DNA of 32,000 bases. It comes from Synechocystis sp. PCC 6803 substr. PCC-P. Lineage in GTDB: Bacteria > Cyanobacteriota > Cyanobacteriia > Cyanobacteriales > Microcystaceae. The notes under the pieces were generated by a model that worked only from the letters and a program-made list of their open reading frames with translations, did not search any database and was not told the DNA's origin. The DNA lies in the NCBI RefSeq assembly GCF_000284455.1, contig NC_017039.1:3420001-3452000 (forward strand). Reading direction: 5' to 3'. Below are positions 28,774 to 32,000 of this stretch, in pieces (within the stretch, counting starts at the first letter, position 1; each line of letters starts with the position of its first letter). The position numbers were made by a program, and so were the translations under genes.

Positions 28774-29104
28774 ACAAGATATAAAAGCATTATCAATTCT
28801 ACTTTACGAGATTTTATTTGCTATCAAAATAGTATTAAAATCAAGAAAATTACCACATTATCCCAAGATCACTGGACATTAAAGATCGGCGGCGAAGTCA
28901 AAATTTATCATAAAAATGTATTAACTTATAATATTGCAGCAAATTTTCTGATTAATCTCTCAACAACCTCCGACTGGAGACTAACGAAGAGGCGGATACG
29001 TAGGCATTGATCGCCGATCAACTATATCTTTGAGGGTATGATTAGTGGGATTGTCATCAAACTAAGGTACTGTCACCGAGGTTATAACTATTGTTTTTTT
29101 CCTA

Positions 29105-29806
29105 ATGGGCATTGAGCAAAATAATCCTATGGCTTTGCCCCTCTGGATTGCGGTGGGGCTGGCGGCGACCTACCTAGGGGCTGTGGTGTTAACCGCGGAA
29201 CTGCTTAACCGCCTTTCCCTCAGTCCGGCGGAGGTAACTCGTAAAATTGTCCACATCGGAGCGGGGCAAGTGGTGCTGATTGCTTGGTGGTTGAGTATTC
29301 CTGGTTGGGTGGGGGCGATCGCCGGGGTTTTTGCCGCTGGCATTGCAGTGCTCTCCTATCGTTTGCCGATTTTGCCCAGCTTAGAAAGTGTTGGCCGCCA
29401 CAGTTACGGCACTTTGTTTTACGCCCTTAGCATTGGTCTATTGGTGGGGGGATTTTTCTCCCTTGGACTGCCGATATTTGCGGCGATCGGTATTTTAGTC
29501 ATGGCCTGGGGCGATGGACTGGCGGCCCTGGTGGGACAAAGGTGGGGGCGTCACCGCTACCAAGTCTTTGGTTTCCGCAAAAGTTGGGAGGGCACTCTCA
29601 CCATGGTGTTGGCCAGTTTTTTGGTCACGGTTGTATTTCTTAGTTACACCTTCGGCTTCACAGTTATTGTCCTTGTTGTGGCTGGGACGGTGGCGATCGC
29701 CAGTGCTGGACTGGAGAGCTTTTCCCGCTGGGGCATTGATAACTTAACTGTTCCCCTGGGCAGTGCTTTGATTGCTTGGGCTGGTAGCTATCTTTGGTTG
29801 GGATAG
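29105..29806 (+). CDS. Phytol/farnesol kinase-like membrane protein (CDP-diglyceride synthetase-like fold)
   Basis: 'EVTRKIVHIGAGQVVLIAWW', 'MAWGDGLAALVGQRWGRHRYQVFGFRKSWEGTLTM'; consistent with slr1652. Confidence 0.88.
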   Translation: MGIEQNNPMALPLWIAVGLAATYLGAVVLTAELLNRLSLSPAEVTRKIVHIGAGQVVLIAWWLSIPGWVGAIAGVFAAGIAVLSYRLPILPSLESVGRHSYGTLFYALSIGLLVGGFFSLGLPIFAAIGILVMAWGDGLAALVGQRWGRHRYQVFGFRKSWEGTLTMVLASFLVTVVFLSYTFGFTVIVLVVAGTVAIASAGLESFSRWGIDNLTVPLGSALIAWAGSYLWLG

Positions 29807-29818
29807 TCCCTGGGGTAA

Positions 29819-31069
29819 ATGGTTAAAATGCAAATACCATCCTGCTTTTCCACCATGGTTTTTACCCTTCCCCAGCCAACTAATTTACCCAGCACTAATG
29901 TCCGTTTGCCTATCCAAGCACTACACGGTCAATTGATCCAATGGCGACGGCAGTTTCACCAATACCCGGAATTGGGCTTCCAAGAGCAGTTAACGGCGGC
30001 CCACATTGCCGAAACCCTGACTAAATTAGAAATTCCCCACACCCCAGGCATTGCCAAAACCGGGATTATGGCGACGGTTGACAGCGGTAAGCCGGGACCT
30101 GTGCTGGCCATCCGAGCCGATATGGATGCTCTGCCGGTAACGGAAGAAAATGAAGTAGATTACCGTTCCCTCCACCCCGGTAAAATGCACGCCTGTGGCC
30201 ACGACGGTCACACGGCGATCGCCTTAGGCACCGCGCAATATTTAGCGGCCCATCGGGATAGTTTTCGGGGCCAGGTAAAATTCTTTTTTCAGCCAGCGGA
30301 GGAAGGCCCTGGTGGTGCCAAGCCCATGATTGAAGCGGGGGTGCTGGAAAATCCGGCGGTGGATGCCATTGTCGGTTTACATTTGTGGAATGACCTACCT
30401 GTGGGCACGGTGGGCATCAAGCCGGGGCCAGTAATGGCGGCGGTGGAACACTTTGAATGTCAACTGTTCGGCCAAGGAGGCCACGGAGCCATGCCCCACC
30501 AAACCGTGGATACCCTGGTGATCAGTGCCCAAATTGTCATGGCTTTGCAAGGTATTGTGGCCCGCAATTTAAATCCCCTCCAGTCTGCTGTGGTTACTGT
30601 GGGACAGTTGCAGTCCGGCACTGCTTTTAACGTCATCCCCGACAGCGCCTATTTCCGGGGCACAGTGCGCTACTTTGACCCCAGTTTTGCTGGTTATTTT
30701 GCCCAACGCATTGAGGAAATTATCAAGGGCATTTGCCAGAGTCACGGGGCTAATTACCAATTTACCTACGAAAATATTTATCCCCCCGTGGTTAACGATC
30801 GCCGTTTGGCGGATTTGGTGCGATCGGCGGCGGCGGATGTATTACTCACCGATGACCATCTCCAACCGGATTACCAAACCCTAGCAGGGGAAGATATGTC
30901 ATTTTTTCTCCAGGCAGTGCCAGGTTGTTACTTCTTCCTAGGGTCTGCCAATGGGGATCTTGGTTTGGCCTATCCCCACCACCATCCCCGCTTCAATTTT
31001 GACGAGGCTGTGTTGCCAGTGGGGGTAGAGCTATTTGTCCGTTGCGTGGAAAGGTTCTGCAATGCCTAG
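29819..31069 (+). CDS. M20-family amidohydrolase (N-acyl-L-amino acid amidohydrolase / hippuricase type)
   Basis: 'LAIRADMDALPVTEENEVDYRSLHPGKMHACGHDGHTAIALG', 'FFFQPAEEGPGGAKPMIEAGVL', 'GEDMSFFLQAVPGCYFFLGS'. Confidence 0.95.
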   Translation: MVKMQIPSCFSTMVFTLPQPTNLPSTNVRLPIQALHGQLIQWRRQFHQYPELGFQEQLTAAHIAETLTKLEIPHTPGIAKTGIMATVDSGKPGPVLAIRADMDALPVTEENEVDYRSLHPGKMHACGHDGHTAIALGTAQYLAAHRDSFRGQVKFFFQPAEEGPGGAKPMIEAGVLENPAVDAIVGLHLWNDLPVGTVGIKPGPVMAAVEHFECQLFGQGGHGAMPHQTVDTLVISAQIVMALQGIVARNLNPLQSAVVTVGQLQSGTAFNVIPDSAYFRGTVRYFDPSFAGYFAQRIEEIIKGICQSHGANYQFTYENIYPPVVNDRRLADLVRSAAADVLLTDDHLQPDYQTLAGEDMSFFLQAVPGCYFFLGSANGDLGLAYPHHHPRFNFDEAVLPVGVELFVRCVERFCNA

Positions 31070-32000
31070 AAGCTGAAGGTGGTACGAATTACCCCCATTA
31101 CCAGGGTGCCATTGGCGTTGTTGTAGTCCGCATTGGGTACCACCACAATACCGGGGGTAATGGAAAGATTGTCACTCACTGCCCACTGGAAAAAGCCTTC
31201 TAGGTGCAAGGAACTGTCAATGTCAGTGGTGGCAATGTCATCGGGGAAGACAATGGAACTACTGCTCACCCAGGGTTGCATACCCACAATAATCCCCGCC
31301 ATATTCCCTTCCTTGATAATGTCGGGGAAAGCCAGGGTCACAGCCCAATTCCAAATATCTAAACTTCCTCTACCAATGCTGGCATCCGCCAGATCTATAG
31401 ATTTGAGGGTGCGGGCCTTAGTAAGGCCTCCCCAACCCCCTAGGACAAAATGGTCGCTCAACTGCCAAGAAAAAGCGGCCCCATAGGCGTTGTGGGAAGT
31501 TTTGGCCGCTTCCCCAAAGGTGGTTTCCGTAAAGTAGCGAAAATTAGAGCGTTGGCTACCGGTGCTAGTGTCCAAGGTGTTATAGCCATAGCTATAGGTT
31601 AAAGCTACGGTCAGATTATCGCTGAAATCATAGTTTACCTGGGCGATCGTGCCAAAACTGCCGTTAAATAATCCTTCTCCCTGGGAAGGATCATTGCCAG
31701 CGGGGGCCAGGTAACCAAGGCTAAGTTGTAATTTATCCCAGGTGCCCTGGAGGGCCGCCCCGGTACCTTCCCCCAAGAAATAGATCGGGCTACGGGTGCC
31801 AAAGGTAGTCAATGCTCCAAAGGCTCCATCCCCGTCTAAAACATTGACTGTATTGGTGAAATCGTCGAAAGCGCCCCCGGCCCCCATGGCCCACAGACGA
31901 ATATTTTCCGTGGCAGGAAAAGTATAGTACAAAACACTATTGCTGAGGTTGCCATCTTCCGGTTCCGTTGCCCCTAACACTGGCTGGAAAGTACCGGCAA
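31066..32000 (-). CDS. OprB/SLH-type outer membrane porin, C-terminal part; continues beyond the right edge
   Basis: Beta-barrel-like alternation; 'LQGTWDKLQLSLGYLAPAGNDPSQGEGLFNGSFGTIAQVNYDFSDNLTVALTYSYGYN' and terminal 'VIRTTFSF'; consistent with sll1550. Confidence 0.88.
   Translation of the reverse strand, partial: AGTFQPVLGATEPEDGNLSNSVLYYTFPATENIRLWAMGAGGAFDDFTNTVNVLDGDGAFGALTTFGTRSPIYFLGEGTGAALQGTWDKLQLSLGYLAPAGNDPSQGEGLFNGSFGTIAQVNYDFSDNLTVALTYSYGYNTLDTSTGSQRSNFRYFTETTFGEAAKTSHNAYGAAFSWQLSDHFVLGGWGGLTKARTLKSIDLADASIGRGSLDIWNWAVTLAFPDIIKEGNMAGIIVGMQPWVSSSSIVFPDDIATTDIDSSLHLEGFFQWAVSDNLSITPGIVVVPNADYNNANGTLVMGVIRTTFSF

Noticed and set aside
1-32000. Many GCGATCGC octamers
   Set aside because: This is the well-known HIP1 element, abundant in many cyanobacterial genomes; not specific to this window.
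1-32000. tRNA/rRNA genes and intact insertion sequences
   Set aside because: I scanned intergenic regions for T-loop-like GTTCRA motifs and for transposase-like ORFs in the supplied track and saw none that convinced me.

Overview
This 32 kb window reads as a chromosomal segment of a unicellular cyanobacterium, almost certainly Synechocystis sp. PCC 6803 or a close relative. That assignment comes from gene content, gene order and abundant GCGATCGC (HIP1) octamers, not from a database search. From left to right it holds: an ArsB/NhaD-type 'P protein' transporter (3' part), a small membrane protein, a Dam-fold DNA methyltransferase directly downstream of accA, a HicBA module, a DUF4327-like protein, a NYN/LabA-like protein coupled to a second HicBA module, a GT39-type membrane protein, phosphoglucomutase, kaiABC, a giant secreted-type protein (RTX repeats plus C-terminal DUF4114), an unknown 216-aa protein, a 1285-1290 aa RTX protein with W-rich C-terminal repeats, a HlyC-like protein, a GNAT protein, two unannotated-looking double-glycine leader peptides, a divergent C39-peptidase ABC transporter (PCAT), phytol kinase, an M20 amidohydrolase and an OprB porin (partial). 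The most interesting region is 18.9-29.0 kb. There, two short peptides with near-identical 36-aa GG leaders and different cores sit divergently from their likely processing exporter, next to two acyltransferase-fold genes. The HlyC-like member has lost both catalytic residues (H23->F, D92->Y), and a ~160 bp decayed copy of the exporter's ATPase lies between the two RTX-type genes. I also found a 56-bp direct repeat (54/56 identical) flanking the first HicBA module, with one copy immediately upstream of accA.
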